From Octopus bimaculoides (taxonomy: Eukaryota): a DNA stretch of 64,000 nucleotides. Position numbers and translations under genes: made by a program. Each line of letters starts with the position of its first letter. Within the stretch, counting starts at the first letter, position 1. Below the pieces are notes generated by a model that ran no database searches, had not been told where the DNA came from, and worked only from the letters and a program-made list of their open reading frames with translations. Of this stretch, positions 25,570 through 38,451 are shown piece by piece. The DNA lies in contig NC_068983.1 of assembly GCF_001194135.2 (NCBI RefSeq), positions 42,664,041-42,728,040 of the forward strand, read 5' to 3'.

Positions 25570-26210
25570 TCCCATCTTCTTCAATCATTTCAATGTCCAC
25601 TTTTCCATATTTGCATGGATCAGATGGAATTTGTTGAGGCAAATTTTCCATGGCCTTCCTGTCACTAACCCTCACCTACCTCCAAGCAAAGGAATATTTC
25701 CCCAAGTGCACACAGGATTTTCATGGAAAACTGGAAACAAATGAAATTGCTCATATGTCCCCGTTTATTTTACAATCACATGATATCAGGATAAAGTCAC
25801 AAACAAACACACGTGTGTGTATATATAGGTGCAGGAGTGCTTGTGTGGTAAGTAGCTTGCTAACCAACCACATGGTTCCGGGTTCAGTCTCGCTGCATGG
25901 CACCTTGGGCTAGTGTCTTCTACTATAGCCTTGGGCCAACCAAAGCCCTGTGAGTGGATTTGGTAGACGGAAACTAAAAGAAGCCCATCATATATATATG
26001 TATGTATATATTTTTGTGTCTGTGTTTGTCTTCCCATCATTGCTTGACAACCAATGTTAATGTGTTTACGTCCCTGTAACTTAGCGGTTCAGCAAAAGAG
26101 ACTGATAGAGTAAGTATTAGGCTTACAAAAGAATAAGTCCTGAGGTCGATTTGTTTGACTAAAGACAATGCTCCAGCATGGCCACAGTCAAATGACTGAA
26201 ACAAATGAAA
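25570..26210. mobile_element. RTE-tailed SINE (25570-25800 -) back to back with SINE B (25830-26210 +)
   Basis: Family matches. Confidence 0.75.
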
Positions 26211-26459
26211 GAATAAAGGAATATATAGGTGCATGTTCATAGAAAGTTTTGTTGAGGACAGGACACGTCTCTAATGCTGGTGCCATAAAAAAAAAAACAC
26301 AAAACACCCAGTGTTATCTGTGAAGTTGTTGGTGAGAAGATAGGTAAACGGTTGCAGAAATCAAGCATGAAACCAAAAATGAAATGTAAATGAAATGTAA
26401 ATGAGATGTGGTCCCCTAACCCATCTAGGGCTAATTCTAGTCATGAAGACTTAGTCAGC

Positions 26460-26835
26460 CTACATGTTGTTGTTGGCATTCCGTCGCTTACGACGTCGAG
26501 AGTTCCAGCCTGCTTGTGAAATTAATGTGCAAGTGGCTGAGCACTCCACAGACACGTGTACCCTTAACGTAGTTCTCGGGGATATTCAGCTTGACACAGT
26601 GTGACAAGGCTGGCTCCTTTGAAATACAGGTACAACAGAAACAGGAAGAAAGAGTGAGAGAAAATTGTGGTGGAAGAGTACAGCAGGGTTCGCCACCATC
26701 CCCTGCTGGAGCCTTGTGGAGCTTTAGGTGTTTTCGCTCAATAAACACTCACAACACCCAGTTTGGGAATTGAAACCACGATCCTATGACCGCGAGTCCG
26801 CTACCCTAACCACTGGGCCATTGCGTCTCCACAAC
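26460..26835 (-). mobile_element. tRNA-headed SINE family D, (CAA)n tail
   Basis: Head gcaatggcccagtggttagggtagcggactcgcggtc; shared with 33105-33460 and 57830-58150. Confidence 0.85.
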
Positions 26836-28714
26836 CNNNNNNNNNNNNNNNNNNNNNNNNNNNNNNNNNNNNNNNNNNNNNNNNNNNNNNNNNNNNNNNN
26901 NNNNNNNNNNNNNNNNNNNNNNNNNNNNNNNNNNNNNNNNNNNNNNNNNNNNNNNNNNNNNNNNNNNNNNNNNNNNNNNNNNNNNNNNNNNNNNNNNNNN
27001 NNNNNNNNNNNNNNNNNNNNNNNNNNNNNNNNTTGTTTACATTCTCACAATTAAGCAGTTCAGCAAAAGAACCCAATAGAATAAGTACCAGACTTAAGTG
27101 AGCGATATTGATTTTATCAACTAAGCCCATCAGAGTGGTGCCCCAGGAGGGCCATGGTCCAATGATTGAAACAAGCAGAAGGTAGAAAATAAATTATCCC
27201 CCCTTTCATCTGAAAGTTGCTAACATTTACCCTGAGATTTATATTTCCTTTCTCTGATTAAATGGCAGAGTTCAGCTAAGAGGTCTGTCTAACAAGCTAC
27301 TTGGCAAACCTGGAGAGGCTGGTGGCACATAAAAAGAACCCATTAGTTTCTGTAAAGTGATAGGCATTAGGAAAGGCATCCAGCTGAAGAAACCATGCCA
27401 AAACAGACAATTGGAGCCTAAAAACAGCTCTCCAGTTTGCCAACTCCTGTCAAACGGCCCAACCCATGCCAACAAGGAAAACGGATGATGTTTGGCATGT
27501 GTCAATCAGCACACCACCACCTACTTGAATTGTCTAAACCTTACACCACCGTTGACTTATTTCAGCAATTTGTCTGGGCTGGTTTTCTTTATTCTAACAA
27601 AGTAAATCTAGTTCATTTCTTGTTCAAATCATTAAATATAAAATAACTAACCTTGTTATGTGTACAGGTAGGTGAATCTAGCTTTTAACAATATAAATAT
27701 TTGCTCAGACTACTAAAGCGATAAATAGAACGTTTTTTTTTTTCTTTCTTTCTTTCTTTCTTTTTCCTGCTTGCAAACAGGAGAGAACCATTGGATACAA
27801 ACTGTATTGTGTCTTTAACTTTTCTTCACCTTTAACTTCCTCAGCAGACAATAGGTAAATATAAAATCCTAATTGGAAATGGCTAGAAAGGTGAATGTAA
27901 GAAGGAAAAAAATTCCACATGCTAGACAGTGACATGAAGGCTGTTGACAAAAGAATAGATTCTTTTATAGCCACACACATTGCTATTATGTTAAACTGTC
28001 GTATGTCCAAATTTGGCCACATGCTTTTTTCCAATATTTAATTTTACTTGCGATAGCAGGTTCTTTTGGTCAATCTATCGTATCTCCAGCTGTTTCAGAT
28101 GAAAACTGTCAGTGTAGTACAACGGTTTAGCATTTTTCCAAAGTGTAAGTTTTGCAAAAGTATTTTTGACTGAAAATATCATACATGCGTGGAGTTACAG
28201 TTTTATGCACCCAACAAAGTATTATTGTTAAGCTGAAACTTTTGCTAATGTAAAAAGAAATGGAATGGTGAAACTACTTTTTCATTTTCTGAAAAAGCAA
28301 TGTTTTGGACTTACAACAGTTTTGCGTAATAGCAATGATGTACAATAAAAATAAAAGAGGGGAGATGATTTCTAAATGTTTTTTCAAGTAAAAACAGGCT
28401 TCATAGAACCTACATGCCATACTAAGGTAAGTCAAGCTAATCATCGAGAACAATCAAATAATATGTTTTCTATTAACTAGCCAACTAATCAACATAATCA
28501 GATTACATTGCTATGTAATTAAATGTTGATGTCTTAAAAACAAAATCAGTTCTACTACAAATATTATTGGTTCATTACACGATAAGCAATTAGTACATAA
28601 TAATAAACAGGTATCGAGGTTTCTCTCCACTTGAAGGCTACACATTGATATTTATTATGGCAGATTAACATTGAAAACATGTTCTTGTTGAGTAAATACG
28701 GTTGAGTCTGACTA

Positions 28715-29370
28715 ACACTCTGCCGGTTACAACAAGAGTTCCAGTTGATTCAACCAATGGGACAGCCTGCTCATGAGATTAATGTGCAAGTGGCAGAGCA
28801 CTCTACAGATACACATACTTTTAAAGTAGTTAAGAAGTTTGCTCCCTAACCATATGGTTCTTGGTTCAGTCCCACTGTGTGGCACCTTGGGCAAGTGTCT
28901 TTTACTACAGCCTCAGGGCAACTAAAGCCTTGTAAATGGATTTGTTAGACAGAAACTGAAAGAAACCCGTCATATGTAGACATGTATCTGTGTGTGTGTC
29001 TTACTATTTGTGTTTGTCTCCTATTACTGCTTGAAAACCAGTGTTGCTGTTTTTTACAACCCAGTAACATAGTAGTTTGGCAAAAGTGATCGATAGAACA
29101 AGACATCATCATCATCGTTTAATGTCCGTTTTCCATGCAGGCATGGGTTGGACGTTTTGATTGAGGTCTGGAAAGCCAGAAGGCTGCACCAGGCTCCAAT
29201 CTGATCTGGCAAGATTTCTACAGCTGGATTTCTACAGCCCTTCCTAACGCCAACCACTCCGAGGTACTTTTTACATGCAGGCTTAAAAAAAGAAGTACTG
29301 GGATCAATTCATTTGACTAAAAATACTTCAAAACAGTGCACTAGAATGGCCAGTCAAATGAGAGAAGCAA
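28715..29370. mobile_element. Nested cluster: family D fragment and SINE B (+) interrupted by an RTE tail (29103-29280 -)
   Basis: The family B body resumes after the RTE tail (aagtactgggatcaattcatttgactaaa). Confidence 0.7.
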
Positions 29371-29679
29371 AAATTCTGAATCACAGAGTGTAGGTACACG
29401 AAGCTTAAAAAAGAATCTAAAGAAACTTGGAATAGAGAGAGTCTGGATCTTGGTCATGTGCTCTCGTTAATATGGGTTTTAAACAGCAGCAATCTTTGCA
29501 TAAAGGTTAAGTATGTTTACATAGGACATTATATCATACATTTGTTTTATGAAAGGTATAATTAAGTGGTTGCTTTGCTGCTAACAAAATAATGAGCTTA
29601 ACTTTAAAGTATCATTTAGAATTACAAAACTGAAGATTTGTGGGTTTACTGGTCTGCTATTTTGAGTTTGATACAGACA

Positions 29680-30075
29680 TGACAGTGTGGGTCACGAAGT
29701 TCACTTCTCAACCATGTGGTTTTGAGTTCAATCCTACTGTAAGATATCAGGGCAAGTGTCTTCTGGTATATTGCCAAAGCTGAGGCTAAACAAAGCCTTC
29801 TAAGTAGCTTAGTAGATGGAAACTGAAAGACGCTCATATATATGTGTGTGTGTGTGTGTGTGTCCCCTTGTCTTGTTGTCATATAATGCTTATAAATGAG
29901 CATCACTGTCATATAAAAAGGGTTATTTGTTTCCAATCTTCCGTGAAAAACTGCCTGGCCAAGGGGGAAACCTGAGGTTGGCATCAGGAAGGGCATCCAA
30001 CCATGGAAAATCTGCCCCAATAAAACTTCATCCAAACCTTGCTAGTATGGAAAAGTGGACATTAAAGCAATGAGG
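29680..30075 (+). mobile_element. SINE with a family B head/core and an RTE-type tail
   Basis: Family B head followed by ggttggcatcaggaagggcatccaacc..ggaaaagtggacattaaa. Confidence 0.7.
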
Positions 30076-30149
30076 ATACTGTTTAACTCTTGCTCGACTA
30101 CATTTTAGTATTTATAACATTAACTGTTAGTCTGTTATAGTCTTGGCAG

Positions 30150-31384
30150 AGAATGAAAAGAGCGTTCTCTGCTGGATGTGTAATGTTTGGTCAGTCCACA
30201 TTACTCTGAGAGGAGCATAGGGCCTGTTTCCCTGTTTCTCTGACGTATATATTTCTACCTGTATAGGATGCCAGTCCAGTCCCTCACAGGATTGCTCATG
30301 TCTATTGGTTGAGTGGACTGAAGCATCGTGAAATGAAGTGCTTTGCAAGAACACAACACATCACCTGGCCTAGGAATTAAAACCAGAATCTTATAATCAG
30401 GAGTCCAGGGTTCCGAACCTGTGGTCCGTGGACCCCTGGTGGTTGGTGAACTAAATTAAAAATTCCATATATCATCCTCACTATCGTCGTTTAACATCCA
30501 CTTTCCATGCTGGCATGGGTTGGATGGTTTGACTGAAGACTGGCAAGCCGGGAGACTGCACCAGGCTCCAATCTGATTTGACAAGGTTTCTACAGCCGGA
30601 TGCCCTTCCTAATGCCAACCACTCTAAGAATGTAATGGGTGTTTTTTATGTGTCACCAGCATGGAAACCAGTCAGACGTCACTGGCATCAGCCACACTCA
30701 AATGGTGCTTTTTAAGGATAAGCATATTAAAAGGGGTCCATGGGGAAACTTATTTAAATAAAAGGGGTCCTTGGTAGTAAAAAGATTTGAAACCACTGCC
30801 CTAACCACTAAGCCATATGCCTCAACGTATGTGTAATGTTAATGTATGTAAATGATGGAGTACAAATGAGCTGAAAGAAAAACTAGATTTAAGAGCAATC
30901 AGATGCAGTGTGCACGAGAAGACAGCAATGGTACAGGGATGTAAAGTGTATGGAAAATGACAATTGTATAAAGAAGTTTAGGGTACTTAGAGAGGATAGA
31001 ACCTGTGGAAGGAAGCAACTTACAAGGACATAGGAAGGAGAGAACAGACTTACAAACTGGACAAATGAAACATGGAAACAGTTGGCTGCAACATCATCAT
31101 CATCGTCGTTTAACGTCCGCTTTCCATGCTAGCATGGATCAGACGATTTGACTGAGGACTGGTGAAACCAGATGGCTACACCAGGCTCCAATCTGATTTG
31201 GCAGAGTTTCTACAGCTGGATGCCCTTCCTAACGCCAACCACTCCAAGAGTGTAGTGGGTGCTTTTACGTGCCACCTGCACAGGAGCCAGTTCGGCGTCA
31301 CTGGCAACGATCTCGCTCGAATGTCTTTACACGTGCCATCAGGCACAAGTGCCAGGAAGGCGATGCTGGGCACAGGTGCCATTG
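30150..31384. mobile_element. Nested cluster: SINE E (-), a hAT MITE (~30408-30798) containing an RTE tail (30470-30715), an RTE RT fragment (30825-31085 +) and a young RTE tail (31090-31384 -)
   Basis: Remnants CNVNV..ELKEKLDLRAIRCSVHERRQQWY; family matches. Confidence 0.65.
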
Positions 31385-33104
31385 NNNNNNNNNNNNNNNN
31401 NNNNNNNNNNNNNNNNNNNNNNNNNNNNNNNNNNNNNNNNNNNNNNNNNNNNNNNNNNNNNNNNNNNNNNNNNNNNNNNNNNNNNNNNNNNNNNNNNNNN
31501 NNNNNNNNNNNNNNNNNNNNNNNNNNNNNNNNNNNNNNNNNNNNNNNNNNNNNNNNNNNNNNNNNNNNNNNNNNNNNNNNNNNNNNNNNNNNNNNNNNNN
31601 NNNNNNNNNNCTGTTATTGTATGTTTGCACTAGATAACAAGCATTGCACCAAGTAACGAGATGCTGTGAGATGTATCCAACTCATGGCAGCAATGGATAA
31701 ACATGTAAGCAATGATGATGTTACCAAAATAATTCTTGTTGATGCAGTGCAGCCATTTCTTCAAATTCTAGTGATTATCTTTTAAGAATAATAGGATGTC
31801 TAAGAGGAAAACTATAACAGTTAATGAAAGTGCCAGAAAGATAACAAAACTAAATATTTATTTTACATAATGTTGTTGCTATTTAGCCCCAGGTCAACTC
31901 GTGACTGAACAGTCCAACAATCACAAGCATTCCGGCCATGACCATCCCATCTTATTGGGGGTATGTCTAGGACTAGATTATCCAGTTTATCCTTTCTTTT
32001 CTTTTTTATTCAAAGCAATTTTAACAGGATTTGGCAGTGCCTCTCAATCATTTTTTGCCTATTTTATTCCTATTTTACACTACTTGACACCACCCCCATG
32101 TTTAAAAAATTCCAATTACATTTCTACAAATAAAAATTTCTAGGGATTATTAAAAAAAAAAGTGAAAATATTTCGTTTTATCAAAGTATAACCAATTTAT
32201 TGCTAATAAGCCTTAGCAGAATCTTATACAGACTCCCTTATATGGGCTCTGCTTAAGAAGCACTGGATTGGAGGGAAAATTTGACTGCTATTTCTAGCAG
32301 GCTGGGTGACCACATAGTTGGCTCTTCTTTTAATGTAAATGTGTTCAATTTTGAAATAGTGTAAAAGGATTTTCACCAAGATATATATATTTTTTTTTAT
32401 TAAATAAACTAATAATAAAAATAAAGTCAGACATGAGATTCTTCACTTGAATTAAGATTTTAATATAGGATTTCAAGTTATAATGTCTAAGATTATTTAA
32501 TATTCAAATGTTAAGTAAACAATATATTTATGAATTGTCTACTTAAATTTTTTTGAGTAGATTTCATGATAAGTTTAATACAATAAAAAATTAGTGAAAA
32601 TTCCAATCTCACTTTGTAAAAGAAATCTATAAATTCTTTATAAATTCAACAATAAAGTCTTCTGTAGGTGCTTACAGTTTATCTTTAAAATCATCAAAGG
32701 TCTTTTTGTCTTTACATAGTAATTTTTTGTGTATATGTGTGTGTGTGTGTGTGTGTATTAACTCTTCGAAACGCCAGTGTTAGAATGGTGGCAGTTGATG
32801 AAGGAAATGTTCTCTATGTGGCCTTTGTGTGTTCTGTACTCCGTTTATCATTTTGTCTACGTTTTGTTTGCAACGTCCTGTACCCAGATATGCATCTATA
32901 TATACAGGTAGATGTAGGTATGTACATACATATACGTAAATATGCATATACTCATTTATTATTTGTATTATATATATATATATATATATATATNNNNNNN
33001 NNNNNNNNNNNNNNNNNNNNNNNNNNNNNNNNNNNNNNNNNNNNNNNNNNNNNNNNNNNNNNNNNNNNNNNNNNNNNNNNNNNNNNNNNNNNTATATATA
33101 TAGT

Positions 33105-33840
33105 GGCACTATGTCGGTTACGACGACGAGGATTCCAGTTGATCCAATCAATGGAACAACCTGCTCGTGAAATTAACGTGCAAGTGGCTGAGCACTCCAC
33201 AGACACGTGTACTCTTAACATAGTTCTCAGGGAGATTCAGTGTGACAAGGCTGACCCTTTGAAATACAGGTACAACAGAAACATGAAGAAAGGGTGAGAG
33301 AAAGTTGTGGTGAAAGAGTACAGCAGGGTTCGTCTCTGCTGGAGCCTCATGAAACTTTAGGTATTTTCACTCAAACACTCACAACGCCTGGTCTGGGAAT
33401 CAAAACCGTGATCCTACAACCGCAAGTCTGCTACCCTAACCACTGGGCCATTACGCCTCCACACACACACACACACATATATATATAGGCACAGGCGTGG
33501 CTGTATAGTAAGAAGCTTGCTTCCCAACCACATGGTTCCAGTTCAGTTCCACTGCATGGCACCTTGGACAAGAGTCTTCTACTATAGCTTTGGGCCAACC
33601 ACAGCTTTATGAGTAGATTTGGTAGATGGAAACTGAAAGAAGCCTGTTGTATATATATTTGTCCCTCCACCATCGCTTGACAACAGATTTTGGTGTGTTT
33701 ACATCCTCATAACTTAGCAGTTCAGCGAAAGAGACAGACAATAAGTACCAGGCTTACAAAGAGTAAGTCCAGGGGTCGATTTCGTCGACTAAAAGGCAGT
33801 GCTTCAGCAAGGCCACAGTCAAAATGACTGAAACAAATAG
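33105..33840. mobile_element. SINE D (33105-33460 -) head to head with SINE B (33490-33840 +)
   Basis: Family matches. Confidence 0.8.
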
Positions 33841-33899
33841 AAGAATAAAAGAATATATATTTATAATATATTTCTTCAGTAGGTAGTTTATTATTATTA

Positions 33900-34085
33900 T
33901 TAAGGCAGCAAGCTGGCAAATTGCTGGAATTTCATGTCTTTACATTCCGAGTTCAAATTCCACCGCAGTTAATTGCGTTTCATCCTTTTGGGGTTAATAA
34001 AATAAATAGCAGCTGAGTACAGGGGTTGATGTAATCAACTTGCTCCATCCCTTGAAATTGCTGGCCTTGTGCCAAAATTTTAAAT
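33900..34085 (+). mobile_element. SINE family C
   Basis: Family match. Confidence 0.7.
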
Positions 34086-34091
34086 TATTAT

Positions 34092-34345
34092 CATTATTAC
34101 CTCTTCCTTAGCGAAGGCGGAGGTATTTTCAGTCGTGTTTGTTTGTTTGTCCGTGGACAAGATATCTCAAGAACTGCAAGATGGATTCGGATGAAACTTT
34201 CAGGGATGTTTGGCCTCAAGAGTGGCACGAACTGCTTAGATTTTGGGGTCAATCCGGTACCAGACAAGGATTCTGGATTATTTTTCCTATTTATTTACTT
34301 AATTTTGGAGAGCAGAAGGGTTTATTTTTAGTATTTTCATTTGCG
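34092..34345 (+). mobile_element. Helentron-associated (HINE/DINE-1-like) non-autonomous element
   Basis: 5' palindrome tacctc..gaggta, (GTTT)n, then core ..gatggattcggatgaaactttcagg..gattttggggtcaatccgg. Confidence 0.5.
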
Positions 34346-34617
34346 ATCAGCTGAGGTTTGTACTATCTGACTGCTCGTTACTATTATTATTGTTGTTGTT
34401 GAGCTAGCAGAGTATTAGAGTATCAGATACTTGAGAAAATGTCTTCTGCTATAGCTCAAGGCTAATCACTGCCTTGTGAGGGAATTTGGTAGACAGAAAC
34501 TGTGTGGAAGCTTCTCACATACATGTGTGTAAGTGTTCCTCCCGCCATTTGACAACTGGTGTTGGTGTGTTTATGTCCCTGTAACTTAGCAGTTCAGCAA
34601 AAGAGACCAATAAAGTA

Positions 34618-35176
34618 CAGTAATGCCTCACTTTTTGAGGACCCACTTTACAAGACCCCAGGTTTAGGAGTTTTATTTTTCACATGGAAGATCCAAATTT
34701 TGAACCAAGTGCAACACTTTCTACTACCATAACAAATGCTTCTTTGTCTTACTAGAGATTTATAGAGAATGAAAAACAGCTTCTCAGCAAACAACTCTAG
34801 ACTTGTTTTTTTTTTTAAAAAGAAATCTACAAGTCCATCTATGAGTGCTTGTGAATCAGCAATCACATTTTCAAGTGATGGTGTGAACAAGTCTAGTACA
34901 AGTGAAAGTGATTCAGAAAACGTTTATAATATTTTTTTTATTATAAATGATCTTCACAATCTTTATACTTTAAATATGATATTTTTTACATTCTACTGTT
35001 GTTTTATTGCCATTTATTTACAGGTATTATAAATTTTATAAGTGAAATATTTTTCTGGGAACGTATTACCCTAACCCTAACATTACTACTATGGGAAATT
35101 ACTGCACTGCTTTATGTGTTTTCGTTTTACAAGTGGTCTCCGGAAATAAATTAACTTGTATATTGAGGCATTGCTG
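34618..35176 (+). mobile_element. Tigger/pogo deletion derivative (559 bp) inserted in SINE B (34420-35250)
   Basis: TA|cagtaatgcctca..ttgaggcattgctg|TA; remnant QQTTLDLFFFKK resembles the Tigger transposase C-terminus. Confidence 0.75.
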
Positions 35177-37799
35177 TACCAGGTTAAAAAAAAAAAAGAA
35201 AAACAAAATTACTGAGGCTACGGTCTAAAGACTGAAACAAGAAAAGACAAAAGATTCTAAGAACAAAAAGGTAATCATGATATTAAGCCTTCTTTGGTTT
35301 CTATAGCGTCAATCTAACTTACTGGCAATTCAAAAGAATAGTTGTTCAACCTTTGATTGAACGTATCATAGATTTACCATTAACCTTATGAGAGATCTTC
35401 ATACAGTCATATAATACTTGACGTACAAAGAGATACTTATATCAAACCTAATCCTGTAAGGATATCAAATTGAGAACACCTGTATTTGTGAAAAAAACAA
35501 AGAGAGATTTAAATACTAACAGAGAATCGAAACCAGATAGAGATGAAGAGCATGTTGGCTGAAGTTGTATACATTACACTGCACAGACAGCAATAACAAA
35601 GGGTGTATTTGTACCCCCTGTAAATAAATTCAATTGCTCAAAACAGGGTGAAATTACAAACAGCAAATCTGAAGAAAGTGGACACTTAATCAAAACAATA
35701 CAGCTATTATGTCAGACTATTGGATTGAAACAGGCACAAACAGAATGGCCAGCGGCTTTAAGATTGATTTTCAATACACGACATTAATTTCATTCATTGG
35801 CAAGTAATCCGATATGGAATTTTCTGTGACAAGACTAACAGACGACCCAAAACAGGTGGAAATATCAAATTTCTTGCTGTTTGGTAAACAAGATTGATAT
35901 TTCCCCAGCCCACACATTAAGAAAACTTGAGGGTGTTTCTATTAATGACCAAAGCTAAGAACACCAACAGCATCATAACTGACCAGTGAATCTGATGTAT
36001 AGTCATGATTTGTGAAGAAATTTAATCTTGTTTCAAGCATTCGTCAATTATGTTAATTTAGTGACTACACTGAAATTATATTTAAAGAATTTTAAATTAA
36101 GTTCTGCAATTCATTTAGCATATATTATTGCTTATTTCAATGCTTTTTATTCACTCCCCCACCCCACTTCTCTCGTTGCTAGAGATTTACGTTGTCCGAT
36201 TTATTCAGCTTGTTTTAAGAAATTAGGACATTTGCATATTGTCAGAGAAAGGAGTTTAAATGCAATGTTTTTCTTTTTTCTCCCCCTCCGCTTCCTTAGC
36301 GCTAAACCACTGGACCGCATAATCTGAGGATGGACACTGCTGTCAGTTAGCCAGATTTAGTCAATGAGGATATCTGTCTCATCTGGCAGCCCAACAAAAT
36401 GACTTTTCAATCAACTAAAAATAATAGCCATATATCCCTCACATCACATTGCTTAATCATGATCTTCCTCAACATTTAACATCCCTCTTTCTAAATGGAA
36501 TCAATTAGATGGTTCAACAGAATCCAGCAAGTCAGAGGACCACGCCATGCTCTAATGTTCCATGATTTCTTTGGTTCAATGCTCTTCATAAGACCAGCCA
36601 CTTGATTGGGGGTAGTGCATGTTTTTTTTAAATACCAACACTAGTGAGGTTGCCATGTAACTTATGAGACCAAAATCTTCCTCGACTGAGAGGGACTATA
36701 GTTCCACTCTGTGTGAGTTACTGATAATTCCTTGTCCCTCACTCCATTAGAAACACAGTAATTCAATGATTGGCTCACTGGAAACTTTGCAACCAATGAG
36801 CTTACTGCTCACCAATGGCTATGTATAAAATAGAAATAAAGTAGAAACTAATACAGTTTGCCTAACACAATTAAGTGTTTGGATAATAAATTTAATTAGC
36901 ACTTATGTTAATGAGAAGGAAAATATTCACACAGTTATGATGTCAAGTGAGAAACAAAAGTCAGCTTCTTCTGACCAGGCACAAAGACCTTATATTTAAA
37001 GAGAAACAAGACTGGGAAAATTGTGATATCAGCAAGCGTTTATAAAATAATCTTTATTCTTCTAAGAAGGGCCCTACCCAAAACAACAGAATTTACCGCC
37101 CTTCCAGCCACATGATCTTATCTTTGTTGACAAACTTAACCCACTTTTTTTTTCGCTCAATGTAGACTTAGATTCCAGTTTTTTTCGGTGTATGTTTTAA
37201 CTTTATGAAAATAAAACAGCATATTTGTGTGTGAGAGTATATTCAGAAACTAAATATAGAAGCTTTAAGAAATGTACATCTGTCAATTATGTTGCTCATA
37301 CAAACAAAAATACATCATTATCATCATCATCATTATTATTATTATCATTATTATGTCTGCTTCTCCTTGCTAGCATGGGTCAGGCAGAGTTTGAGAGATT
37401 TTCTCTGACCAGATGCTCTTCCTGTCACCAGCCCTTACTTGTTTCCATATAAGATAATTCATCAAGGCAAGGCTTAAGCAGGATATTGGAAATAAATGAC
37501 CCTGCTTGTATGACAGAGACACTCATTTACAACCATCACATGACGTTCAGAAAATGAGACGCAAACATAAACACACACTTGCATGCACATACAAACATTT
37601 ATTAATCTTAGAAAAGAACATTACTGACAATGACTTGGAAGTTTCAGCCAGCTAAGCTATCGTCTGACTGCTTAGGTAGTCAAAACTTTGAAGTCACTGT
37701 GAACAATACTTTTGTTTCAGTAAACTCTACAAAAGAATAGTGACCCCTTTATAGAGAAATTGTCTTTATAACACACACACACATATATATATATATACC

Positions 37800-38005
37800 T
37801 ATATAGTCAGTCCAAACAAGAACAAGCAAGAAAAAACAACAACACGAGGACGTGGAACAAGTACTGTGTTATTGGGCGCTCAGGAAAGGAAAGTAAAGAA
37901 AGAAGATTTCATGTTTCAAGCGGAGCTCTTCATCAGAAATATAGAATAAGTCTAAAGAAGGGAAGACGGTGAAAGAAAATCGCCAGCGATACACACGCGG
38001 TCAGG
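37800..38005 (-). mobile_element. Penelope-type non-autonomous element (pseudo-LTR-like)
   Basis: Pyrimidine-rich body on the minus strand containing a hammerhead-like core. Confidence 0.55.
37906..37941 (-). ncRNA. Minimal type I hammerhead ribozyme-like motif, probably inactive copy
   Basis: ATTT-CTGATGA-a-GAGC-tcc-GCTT-GAAA-C-AT-g-AAAT: stem I ATTT/AAAT, stem II GAGC/GCTT; position 17 is G. Confidence 0.55.
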
Positions 38006-38233
38006 CAATCTTCTTGCTGTTTCCTTTAGTTTCAGTCTACTAAATCTATGCATAAAATGTGGCCAGCCCAGGGATATAGTAGTAGATATACCTGCACTTG
38101 GGTAGGTGTCTACTACTACAACCCAATTGCACGCCACCTGCCCAGGTGCCATGCAATTGGAACTGAACCCAAAACCAAGTAGTTGGGAAACAAACTTAAC
38201 CACACAGCCACATCTGGACTCATATTTCTTTAA

Positions 38234-38451
38234 CCCTTTTGATACCAACCCAGCTGAAACCACTTTAGGCTCTGCAGTATAAATGTTTTGTTTCCATAAG
38301 TTCTGAATTGAAACCTTCCACCAAACCTTAGTCACAATTTATGTTCCTAGCACTAGCTTAATGATAAGTTATTTTATTAAATTCTTTGTTATATTTAAAA
38401 TTAATTGAAAGAAACACAGAGCATCTCAAAATAAATACGGTAACGAAAGGC
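38234..38451. mobile_element. piggyBac-type MITE (218 bp)
   Basis: TTAA|ccctttt gatac..gtaacgaaaggc|TTAA. Confidence 0.75.

Noticed and set aside
35323-35480. Minus-strand exon with a good acceptor (aaatacag) and donor (GTAAGT)
   Set aside because: Stops in all three frames; cannot be supported as coding, and a non-coding exon cannot be tested from sequence.
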